Shown here: positions 38,601 through 50,600 of the stretch, one piece after another | Layout: each line of letters opens with the position of its first letter | Position numbering within the stretch: the first letter of the stretch is position 1 | NCBI GenBank assembly: GCA_964016885.1 | Contig: OZ024745.1 | Coordinates: 134,478,001 to 134,542,000 of the forward strand | Source of the DNA: Eledone cirrhosa | Lineage: Eukaryota | DNA length: 64,000 bases | Direction of reading: 5' to 3' | Notes under the pieces: generated by a model | Database searches by the model: none | What the model was told of the DNA's origin: nothing | The model's input: the letters and a program-made list of their open reading frames with translations, nothing else | Position numbers and translations under genes: made by a program

Positions 38601-41600
38601 ATCAGACAGTCTTTCATTATACAGGGTGACTTAAAAGTTATACTAGAAACATTAAACAATGTATTTCAGCCAAATTTGAACTAATTTACTTGAAAACTTG
38701 CATACTAGTTTTTCACATTTTCAGCAATGTTACAACAAAACATTATTCAATAAATCCACCTCGCTTCTTTATTGCAAACTTAAGTCTACCAGGCCCACTG
38801 CTTCAACAGCAGCGCACAAGACTTCTAGTGGTATTCTATCCCATTCACACTGCTGAGACCTCTTCAAAGCCACTACTGAATGATGAGATTTAGCACAAGC
38901 ATTGATCTCCAAGATGTACCAAATGCTAAATTCATTGGGTTATGGTCTGGGCTTGAGGGAGACCATTGTTCCTTGGACAAGAAATCTGGTACATTGCCAC
39001 AAAGCCACCTGACTCCTGTGGGCAGGTGCTCCATCCTGCTGGAAGAGAAAGGGGCCACCGTTGAACAATTCTTGGCTCAAATGTTTCACCACAGGCTCAA
39101 GAATGGGTTCTTCATAGCTTGCAGCCTTGATTTTGAATCCTTCAGGAACAAAGACGAGGAGTTTTCTCCCGTTGAAGACACTCCAGCCCTAAACCATCAG
39201 AGATAAGGGTTTTTGAGTGCGGTGGATATTTCTGGCATCCTCTGGACATGACTGAGTGTTTTTCTGCAAGGACCCTGTCATTTTGGCTGTTGTGAGTTTC
39301 TTCAACAGTGAACAACTTCTCATCTGTGAAGAACTCATTGTCGAAACCGTGAGTATCGAGCCTCTCAAGTAGTGCTCAACTTCTTACGAGTCTCTTTCCC
39401 TTTGAAGCAGTTGTTAGGCTGTGAACTTGTTGGCGTTTCAACGAAGCAAGTCCCAAGTCGCTTTTGACAATTCTCCTCAAAGATTCTCTAGAAACTCTCA
39501 GCTCAGCAGCCATCTTTCTCATGGAATGTCTTGGATTTCTGTGAACTCTGGAACTGATGATTTTGTTGAGCCTGGAAGTCCTGACTGACCTGGGACGTCC
39601 TGTTCTCGCTCGATCTTGAACTCCTCTAGTGTCCCTGGATTGGTTGATGGTTTGATAGATGAACATTTGCTTTGTTTTCGGCTAATTGAGAAGATTCAAA
39701 ATTTCTGATGGCAACTTGCTAGCTTGATATAGCTCAACTACAGCAGATCGTTCACATTCCATTCTAAAGATGAGTTCAGAACCTGAAAGACGACAAAAAA
39801 ATCTTTCAAACGATATCAAATAAAGATAACGTTGTCACATTTTTATGTTAAACTAAGAACTTCAAAAAATGTAACAGAACTTTTGGGTAAATATAGTATC
39901 AAAAAAGTTAAGAAACATTAGTATTTTTAATCCATTGTAAATTTTGTTATAAGAAAAAAATACTGAGTTAATTTTACATTATTGTTAAAATATATGCTCT
40001 ATTTTAGAAAAATAAGCAGCCAAATTAATGGAAAATAGAATATTGTAATTTTATTTTATTTCTGTTTTTATATCATATTTTTTTCTTTTCTATTTCAGCT
40101 GTTAATCCTGTTAAGGATGACATAAATGGAGCTGTAGAACCTCAGTCAGAACATGTGTTTATTGCCTTTGCACGTATATTTAGTGGTACTGTGAAAAAAG
40201 GTTGTAAATTATATGTTCTTGGACCAAAGCATGACCCAGAAAAAGCTCTTCAAGTAATTTTTTTTTTTGTACTAAAAGCAATTATAATTGATTATCCTTT
40301 TTACCTAACACATTTTAAACCCTTTTAATACCAAACCACCTGAAACCGTCCCTTGCTCTACAATACAAAATTGTTTGTTTTAAAGTGTTTATATTTACCT
40401 ATAAACCTTCCATCATGATTTTTTCTATAAACTTTTAAGTTATATTCTGAAGCCCAGATTATGAATGAGGAATTTGTTTATACTACTAAATCATTCCAAA
40501 TTCTTGAATATTTTCAAAATGATTTGAAATATGGTAATGCAAGAAAGGGTTAAAATTATGATTGAGGCTGTTGTATTTAGCTTCTAGTACCTCTGTCCAA
40601 AAGAACACTATTCCTGCATGTCCACAAGGGGACCTCTATAAGCTCTCTGGGACTCCTAGAAATAGCAGCCAAATCATCCTTAAATCATACCCTGCTATCT
40701 TTAAAAAAACGAAAGGATATATTGGATTATGTAGTCTTAGATATAGATGTATCTGAATAGAAGATGGGATGATCATAGCTGGGGTTCAATAACAACACTA
40801 TTTCTGTCACAAAATTTAGAATGTTTCTTATATCACCCTTTTTTCACTGCTTTTACTCTCAGTGAACATCCTCACTTGGAGATACTATAACCTAATCCTA
40901 AATACTCTGAGAAGCAATTCATAATTGTCTACAATTCTATTAACTATCATCTGTGTTTTGTCTAAATTCCTTATGTGCCAACTGTTTCTCACTTGTGCAT
41001 ATAAATATAAAAGACAAATTCTGATCTATATGGAAACAGCCAATCTACATTTAGCATTCTACTTAAATTTAAATTTATTTTCATTGTGACATTATCATCA
41101 AGATCATTTTTATGTTTGCTTCCTATGCTGGCATGGGTTGGACATGTTACATCCTGAGGCTAGACTGGTCAGTGATCATATCTTGGTCATGCATTCCATA
41201 TTTGGCATAGTTTCTGTGGCTGGGTGCCCTTCCTAATTCCAACCATCTTACAGGGTGTACTGGGTGACATTACAGAGTAGCCCCAGCACTAGAGAAGTTA
41301 TCCAGACTGAACAGTTCTCTTAAACCTTATATTGTCTCTTTTCAATTGCCAAACATTGTTTTATGCCAAGAAAGAACACCTCAGATGTTCTTTTCTTAGG
41401 AAGACAACTACAAGAGAACTTCCTCAGTGGAAGCTGCTATACCTAGCTTTTGTAGATCTGGAAAAGGCCTTTGTCACAGTACTCCTGATCTGTTGTCTGG
41501 TGGTCCTTAAGGAAACTGGGTGTAGATGAGTGGCTCATGAGAGCAGTGCAAGCCATGTATTGTCAGTAAAATGAGAGTAGGTAATGAGTTTAGTGAGGAA

Positions 41601-44600
41601 TTTAATGTAAAGGTAATTGTTCATCAAAGCTAGGTCCTCAGCCCACTCCTGTTATAATTCTCCAGATAGAGGAATTGAAGACTGACTGTCCATGGGAACT
41701 TCTGTATGTTGGTGACTTGGTTTTTATAGCTGAATTTGTGGAAGAGTTTGAGAGGAAATTTCTGTTGTGGAAGCAGAACTTAAAATGAAAAAGGCTCAGA
41801 CTAAACCTTGCAAAGACCAACGTGTTAGTAAATAGGAAAGAGAACAAGATTCTGATTACACCAGGAAAGCAGCCTTGCTCTGTACATGGAAAAAGAGTAG
41901 GTAGGAACTCTATATGTTATACACAAGAGGTGTAGGCAGGCTAGCAAAAAGGATAGACACTGCATGTGGCAGATGTTCAGGAGTAGTTAGTAATAAAAGA
42001 AAAAGTGAAATAAACCTTTTCCAATACAAGAAAAGTAGTTGAAAGTTTTTGTTATAGGTGACTTAATTAGCAGTGGAGGAGGTCGCTCTGAAAGCATAGT
42101 AACTAGAATAAGATCAGGTTGGAAAAAGCTTAGGGAACTACTACCTCTGTTGACCAGAAAGGGATTTTGTTTGAGCAACAGGTAGATTGCATTCTTATGC
42201 AGGCATCATACAATGTTGCATGGTAGTGAAGCATAGGCAGTAAATGCAGAAGACATGCAAAGACTGGAGAAAAACATGAAGCAAGCATCCATTGGATGTG
42301 TAAAGTTAGTGTGCATGAGCAATGGGTTATGGATGAAGTGAGAAAACAACTGGATATAAAAGAAATAACATGTGTATGAGAGAAAATTGTGGTTGTATGG
42401 ATGATGAAGGCAGGGTGAAGAAGTGCCAGATGTCAGTGGAAGGAAGACAGAAAATTCTGGGTAGAGGTGGTTAGAGCTGATCTCAAAACACTAAACTTCA
42501 GAGACGACAAAGGAACACTACAAGTAGATGGAAGCTATGTTGGAAAGGACTCATTAACCGATGCAAACATGAAGAAAACGGAAGTAAATTGATGGTAGTG
42601 ATGATGAGTGCTTGAACTGGTGCACAGATCTTTTGTATTATGGCATATTGTCTGTCTGCTCAGTCCTGTCTCATCTCTTTGTAAGGTTAATTTTTTTGTC
42701 ATTCCTCACAACTTTGCCTCATGTCTTCCTTGGTCTCCCTCTTCTACAAGTTCCATCCCCTTTAAGCACTCAGCACTTGTTCTTACACAGAACATGCCCT
42801 TACTAGTGCAATCATCTCTCTTGCACTCTAAATTCAATTCCTCTTAAACTCAACTTTTCTCTTAGTTCACTTGTTATAAGGGGTTGTTACACCTGTTTAG
42901 TATATCTGTACGAAACAAGAGTAAAACCAAAGCATTCACCAGGCGTAATTCCAAACTATCAACAAGGTACTACAAGAGACTACGTACACACAGTCTACCT
43001 GACAGTTCACTTCAGTTATTATTTATAGACATTTCACCTAGTCCACTTTTAGTTATGCAGGGGGTGTTCAAAGTTTTTTCCCTACAACACTTGTACTGTC
43101 ATTCTTGCTTACTAACATAACATATCCAACAAAGCTTGCTCCATTTCTTTTAGTCATCACAAATCTTCTACACTCATGGCCCACATTTTACTGACATGCT
43201 ACATTGCAGTTTTAACATGTGCATCATATAATCTGTCCTGTCATTCAGAGAGAGAATGCTTTTGTTGCCAGCAGAGGTAATGGCTCCCTGAATTTCCTCC
43301 AACTTGTTCTTACTCTGGCTACAACATTTTCTACCACTTCCAGTGAACCTTCTGAACATTTGAGAGATAGTTTGTTTCTTGAGTACTCTTCACTACTCCT
43401 CTGCATCTGCTACATATGTGATCCCACTATATTTCTTGTTTGTCCACAGTCTACACTGCGTACACCATATGGAATTCCTACCTACTTTTTACTACAGATT
43501 GCTATTTCTCTGATGGTAGCAGCGTGTTATCTTCTTTCCTGCTTAGTCTTCGTTAGGTTCACTTTTAAGCTTTTTGATTCCAGATTGTGATTTTATGTAT
43601 GGAACTTCTCTAGTTCTATTGTTTTCACTATGGGGCTAGATCAGCATATAGGAGCTCTCACTTGAGTTTGGTATTTACCAGAGTATTCTTACAGTTAGAT
43701 GAATGGCATCTGTTACAAGGTCTGTTACACAACTATATCATATCACAAAGCTGCAACCTGTACATATTCTTAATGATGGTCATAGCAGAAAATAAATGAC
43801 TTCATAGATATATAGAGTTGAAAAGCGAAGGATTGCTTTAAGTGTTTTCAATGTAATGATGGGAATATTCCTGTTAGAGAAAGAACCATTATGAGGCTGT
43901 CTGTTGATAAATGCTGTAGTTTCATTTCTCTATAATTTCTGTGTCAATTCTTCTTCTGAAACTATTAATTTTACCATCTTGCACACATCTAAAAACAAAT
44001 GGATCTCCCACCCAATTGTCTCTTATTCATCATTATTATTATTTTCTATTTTTCTGTAGACTGAAGAATCCATTTTACATGAAAATTCTGATCTTACTGT
44101 CAGTGAACTGTCAAGTACTCAACACATTATGTCATTTACAGTAGAAAATTTATATTTATTTATGGGAAGAGAGCTGGAAATTATGGATGAAGTGCCTGCA
44201 GGAAATGTTCTTGGTGAGTTATATGAAGTATTACTGGAGTGACAAAGTAAAATAAGAACAACAACTTATGATATTTTGAGGTTAGGTTGCTCTAAAGAAA
44301 TGAAATGGAATATGGTGATGACAAGAACTCTTCTATAAGTTTAATCAAGCTTGTTAGTCATTGAATGCAAAATTGAATTTGGTATTTGCCAAAGTACTTC
44401 AATTGAATTTGATCCATAGAATCTGTTGTTACAGGGTCTGTTGCACAAGCTATATCAAATTTAGCCAGGTCATACTCTAGCTTTGCTCTGTCTATTTTTA
44501 ATCAATTAACTGCAACCTCCTGTCTTTTAATTAAGTATATCGTTTTTTCTTCATTTTCTAGTTGTTGATTAGCCCCAGTCAGTTCTGTTTCGGCAGATTT

Positions 44601-47600
44601 GTGGTGCAAAAGTAGCTAATCAAATGCTTAAGGACATAATATTGGTCTGTCTGGTCTAGAACCATGCTATAATGACTGAAGTCTGAGGTGTAGCTTAACA
44701 ATCAACATCTGTTGTCTTTATTTTGCATTCTAGTTTGTTTGGTATCCCAACACAAAATTTGGCTTTAGTAATATCATTGTTACAATTATTTGGGAATGTG
44801 TGTTTTGTGTTAGTTTGGATTTAACACGAAAGATTTATTGAAACAGTGCTGTATGATTTTAGAGTTGTATGTGTGGTCCTGTAATTGCTGACTCTATATC
44901 ATAAATCTACTCGGTCAGTTCTGCTTGAGTAGATATATTGTATAGAAGCAGCAGATTTAATCGCCATATGTGTCATAGAAAATGGACTGGAGTTCAGTTG
45001 GTTTAAGTTTTATATCTGGAGATTAAAAAAAATTCCTGTAGAATATGTTTGTAGGTTGAAGGTTCCAAAGTGTAGTTTTGTAGATATGAGATATAATATT
45101 TAGGGTTATAATAGGGTGATGAATTGGCAGAGTTGTTAAAGTGTCAGACAAATGCTTAGTAGTACTCTTAGTCTTTAGATTCTGAGGTCAACTTTGCCTT
45201 CCGGGGTCATTAAAATAAAGTACCAGTCAAGTACTGGGGTTGATATAATCAACTTTGCCCTTCCTCCCAAAAATTTACTGGCCTTGTGCCTAAATTAGAA
45301 ATGTATATTATATACAAGAAGTATTTATTTTTGTGATATTGGTTACATTTTTCAGGAATTGGAAATTTAGAAAACTATGTTCTGAAAACAGCAACATTGT
45401 GTGAAACCATTGTATGTCCTGCTTTCACTGACATGTACTTTGAAGCTGCTCCTATTGTACGTGTTGCTATTGAACCACAAAATATCTGTAAGTTCATTTT
45501 CATTTTTTCAACATTTCTTTAAAGTTGACTTGGTATTTTATGTTAGGAAACTATTTCTGTGTAAAGAAACTTACTACTTCTATTGTAATGTTGTTAGGTG
45601 ATATGCCTAATTTGGTGAAAGGACTCCGTTTGTTAAATCAAGCTGATCCCTGTGTGGAAGTTCTTGTCCAAGAAACTGGAGAGCATGTTATCATTGCGGC
45701 AGGAGAAGTTCATTTACGGCGGTGCCTTGAAGACTTAACAGATAGGTAATAACTTGATTTTATATGTAAGGCATCTTGTTGATTTTAGTACAGAAATTAC
45801 AGAGAATTACTGAAAAACATTTCAAATAATTTTCTTTTTCATGCTTTTATTGCAGGTATGCTAACATAGAAATCATTGCCTCCTCACCAATTGTGCCATT
45901 CCGTGAAACAATAATTAATCCTCCTAAAACTGATATGGTAAATGAAGTTATTGTTCAAGTAACTGATACAAAATATTTACGTATGAAGAATATGGAGAAT
46001 GAGAATGAGGAGATTCAACCTGGTCTTATTGAAATACATACACCAAATCAAAAATGTACTATACATATCAGTGCAAAACCTCTCCCAGATGAAGTTGCAA
46101 ATATTTTGGAAAAAAATACAGATATCTTAAAATATTTACACACTCAGATAAAAAGTCAGTTTTCTAAAGGAAACCAGAATTGTACTGAAATAAATCACCT
46201 TCTGCTTGAAAGTGTCCTAAATTTAAAGAAACAGTTAAGTGATGCTTTTTCTCAAGCTGGTAAAGAATGGCAAGGGTTCGTTGACCATATATGGTCTTTT
46301 GGACCTAGACATGTTGGACCAAATATACTTGTGAATAAAATTCCTAATTATCAAAGACCATCATTATGGAACATTACAGATGACACTACTGGCACTCTAC
46401 GTAGTTATGATGATAGCATTATCAGTGGTTTTCAAATGGCTACACTTTCTGGTCCTCTTTGTGAAGAGCCAATGCATGGTGTTTGTTTTATTATTGAACA
46501 ATGGGATTATTTAGACACACTCGATGGAACAACATCTTACTGTACAAGTGATAACAATGGTATGTCAGAAGATAAAAAATTAGACTTAACATACAGTAAT
46601 GAGCTTCTATATGGCCCATTCTCTGGGCAGTTAATATCTACTATAAAAGATGGTTGTAGAAAGGTATTCCTAACTCAGTCAATGCGTTTGATGGTTGCTA
46701 TGTACAAGTGTGATATTCAAGCTACTGCTGATGTACTTGGTAAGTTGAATTTATTTCAGATTTCATTAAATATTTACTCATTAATACAAACGATAAAATT
46801 ATAAAAACATTAGACTCCATAATATTTATGAGCGTCTCCTAGGTGAGAATCATAAAATAAAGAGATAGGCTTCCTGCAAACTGAATGTCACACAATCCTC
46901 TTCTCTTTTTCTGTTAACTTGTGTGTTTGTAATTAATAAAGAAATTAATATTTATGCAAATGTAAGAGTTACTTTCTGAAAGTAAAGGTGCTTTGACAGC
47001 ATACCTCGAAATCAATACAACAGTAGTTGTAAAACTATTGTTGTATTGTCCAGAGTGCAAGGCACATAATTGTTCTTGCTTCATTAATAGGTTTCACTTA
47101 CATATTGTTGTTAAATAGCCAGCAGTAGACGGTATTCTGCTGTCTAAATAATTGTTTCAACTGGATGAAAATATCAGTTTTCAAGAACCTTTCCACACAT
47201 TCTGACAATGAAAAATGAAAAATAGTATTATTAAACATTTTTTTTAATGAATATATATAATTGACAAAAAGTCACATTTCTCATACAAAGTTTGATTCCC
47301 ATACAACCATTTTGATCCACTCTACATGACTTGGCTTAACTTAACCCTTTAGCATTTACATTACTCTATATACACTATTGTATTTTTATCTCACATAATA
47401 TTGGATCTACTAAATTTTGATGGTATTTATTTTGAGAACAATACATTAACCCTTTAATGTTCAAACCGGCCAAAACCAGCCAGAATTCTCTACCTCTTTC
47501 TGTTGAAACTGGCTGTAACTGGTCGCTCAATCTGATGTCAAGGTATTGTTCTCAAAATAAATACTTTCAAAATCTCATAGATTCGATATTATGTGAGGTA

Positions 47601-50600
47601 AAGCCTTTACCATGAAAATATAATAGTATATATAAAATAATGTGAATGCTAAAGGGTTAACGTCAGTACGAGTGGCCAGTTACGGCTGGTTTGAACAGGA
47701 ATAGGCGAGAGAATTCTGGCCCGATGTGGCTGGTTTAAATGCTAAAGGGTTAAATTCTTTATTCAGCTATGATAATATATATATAAATTAAAAATATCTA
47801 TCCTGCCAGAATTAGTAACGGGTTTTAATTATATTCTGGTCGATGCTCACTTATTTCAGGTAAGCTATATGCAGTACTTGGAAAACGCAATGGTAAAGTA
47901 CTTTATGAAGATATGAGAGAAGGTACTCAGTTATTTAATATCCAAGCAGCTCTGCCAATTATTGAAAGTTTTGGTTTTGCTGAAGATATTCGGAAAAAGA
48001 CGAGTGGTTTAGCCAGTCCACAGCTCCGGTTTAGTCACTGGGAGGTAAGTGAAACAGTAAATACTTTTTCAATTTTTGTTTTTCTTTTTAAGGGTAAAAA
48101 TTTAAAATTTAGCAATAAGAACACATTTTAGTTAATCCTAGAATTTGGCTTGTTCCTATTTTATCTGGATTAGATTCAATAAAATATGAACTATTCAGAG
48201 ACTAAACAGCAAGAAATTTTCTACTGATGCTACTACTTCATTGTTCTATTATCACCAACATATCATTTTATGTCTTTCCAAACTTGCGTGGGTTTCACCA
48301 TTTGTTGCAGTTCTTTGTCATCTCCTTCATAAAGTTTAACTTCCTGAGACTAGCTTTCACCACTTGTTTTTCTTAGTCTTCCTCATATGTAGGTTCCTTC
48401 CATTGCCTGGTCCTTCTTTACCCATCTGTTAACCTCCATAAACATCATGTCTGTATCACTGCAAGTTTCTCTTTTGCCCACTACATTTGATTCCTCATAT
48501 ACCAAATGTTTCTGTCAGCTTATTTATGCTCCATTGTTCATGCACACAAACATTACATATCCAGTGGAGTATACTCACCTCATTTCTTTCTTTCACATAT
48601 CCTCTACATTTAAGATTCATGTGTCATGACGCTACACAAGTATCATACAATTTACTCTTCATTTTGAGAAATAATCTTTGTTGCCAGCTGAGGTAATTTT
48701 TCTGCTGTCTACTATTCTTTCAGAACATCAGAATGCCTACCTTTACTGCTAATTAAGTCACCTAGCTAAAGGAAATTAATAACGATATCTAGGAAGCCGT
48801 CTGAGTATTTGAAATAATTTATTTCACAGGTCATCTTACTGCTAATTATTTCTGTGCATCTGCCTCATATAAATTTTTGCTTTTCCCTGAGCCTACCTAT
48901 GATCCTACATCACTCATTTTCTATATATCATGTATGACCATTTTTCAAATGACAATAGAGTCCTTTCTTTACTGCTAACAAAAAACCTTAGTCTTTACTA
49001 AGTTTTATGTCTAGGTTTTGAAATTTCTTCTGTAAATTTTCTTTTATGACCTGGAGAACTATACTATGGATGAAAACTGAGCCCCGATGGACAAATACCT
49101 CACTGAATTCATTGTTAACTCTCACCGTGCATCTCTGTACAATTGTTTTTAGAATTCCCACTGGAAACATCATTGTTATGTGTATACACTATCCCTCTAC
49201 AAGCCACTCCTACAGCTTGTTATGCAGAGTTAGATTACTCCTAACAAATCAGTCATTAATTTTTAAGAGCTGCTTCTGCTTACATTAGTGAATAGTTCCA
49301 ACTCTTCAGGGCCTATTTACTTAGAATAGACCATTTGAAAGACCTGTGTTTTGGTTACATGCAGTATAGTGTCAGTGAGGAATAGACCATTTGACAGACC
49401 TGTGTCTTGGTTACATACAGTATAGTGTCAGTGAGAGATGAACTGCTAATTTTTCAATCTAGCAGTATTCTGAGATGCTTAAAGATTAAATACAAAGAGT
49501 TGGTGTCATCTAGAGCTGGTGCCACAATAAAATACACCCAGTAGACTTTGTAAAGGGGTTGGCATTAAGACAGGCATCCAACTAGAAACTATGCCAAAAA
49601 TAAAACATATTTGAGTGAGACATGATTAAATACTGACTTGGTTTGTTAAAACCTGTCCAAGCCAACATGGAAAAGCTGATGTAAAATACAAACAAATGTG
49701 ATATTAAATATTGGAATTTAGTTCAATAAGTATCTGCTGTCGGGTATTTCAATGTAACATTGACATCATCATCACCGTTTTATGTCCGTTCTTCCACGCT
49801 AGCATGGGTTAGACGGGTTGTCCTGTTGTGAGCAGTAGCCGGTCGGCTGACCTTGTCTTGCTCATACAGGAACTGATTCTGGCTTGATTTCTACAGCTGG
49901 ATGCCTTTCCTAACACCAACCTCATTTACAGTGAGTGCTGAGTGCTTTTTTCCGTGGCGCCTACACGTTCACTTTACAGTGGGCTGGGGGCATATTGTCT
50001 ATATGCTTCAGCTTCGGCTTGTACCCTTGGGGGGGGGGGGTCTTCTGTATTGCTGCGTGACGCCAGAGGTCACGCGTCATCGCCTTTGAGAGGTGTAATT
50101 GGTTAAGGTCGGCTTTTATCACCTTATCCCAGGTCTTCTTGGGTCTCCCCACTCCACGGCTTCCAACGACTTCTAGTGCTCTGCACCTTTTTATGCAGCT
50201 GTCATCCTTCATACGTATCACCTGTCCATACCAACGCACCCTCCTCTCCTGCATACAGCATTTGATTCCTCTTATGCTCAGTCTCTCTCTCAATTCGTTT
50301 ATGCCTTGCCGTTGGCGTATATTACTATTACACATTCATCGGAGCATGCAGGCTTCGTTTCTCTCTAATCTACGCAAGTCTTCTACAGACAGCACCCAGG
50401 TCTCACTACCATGTAACATTGCTGTTCGTATACACGCATCATACAGTCTGCCTTTCATTTTGAGGGAAAAGCCTTTTGCAGCTAGCAGTGGCAGTAGCTC
50501 CCTGAATTTTTTCCATCCCGTTCTTACCCTAAATTACAAATTAGATAACTAAAAGTAATATAACAATTTAACAACAATATTAATAGTGATCACACCTTTG

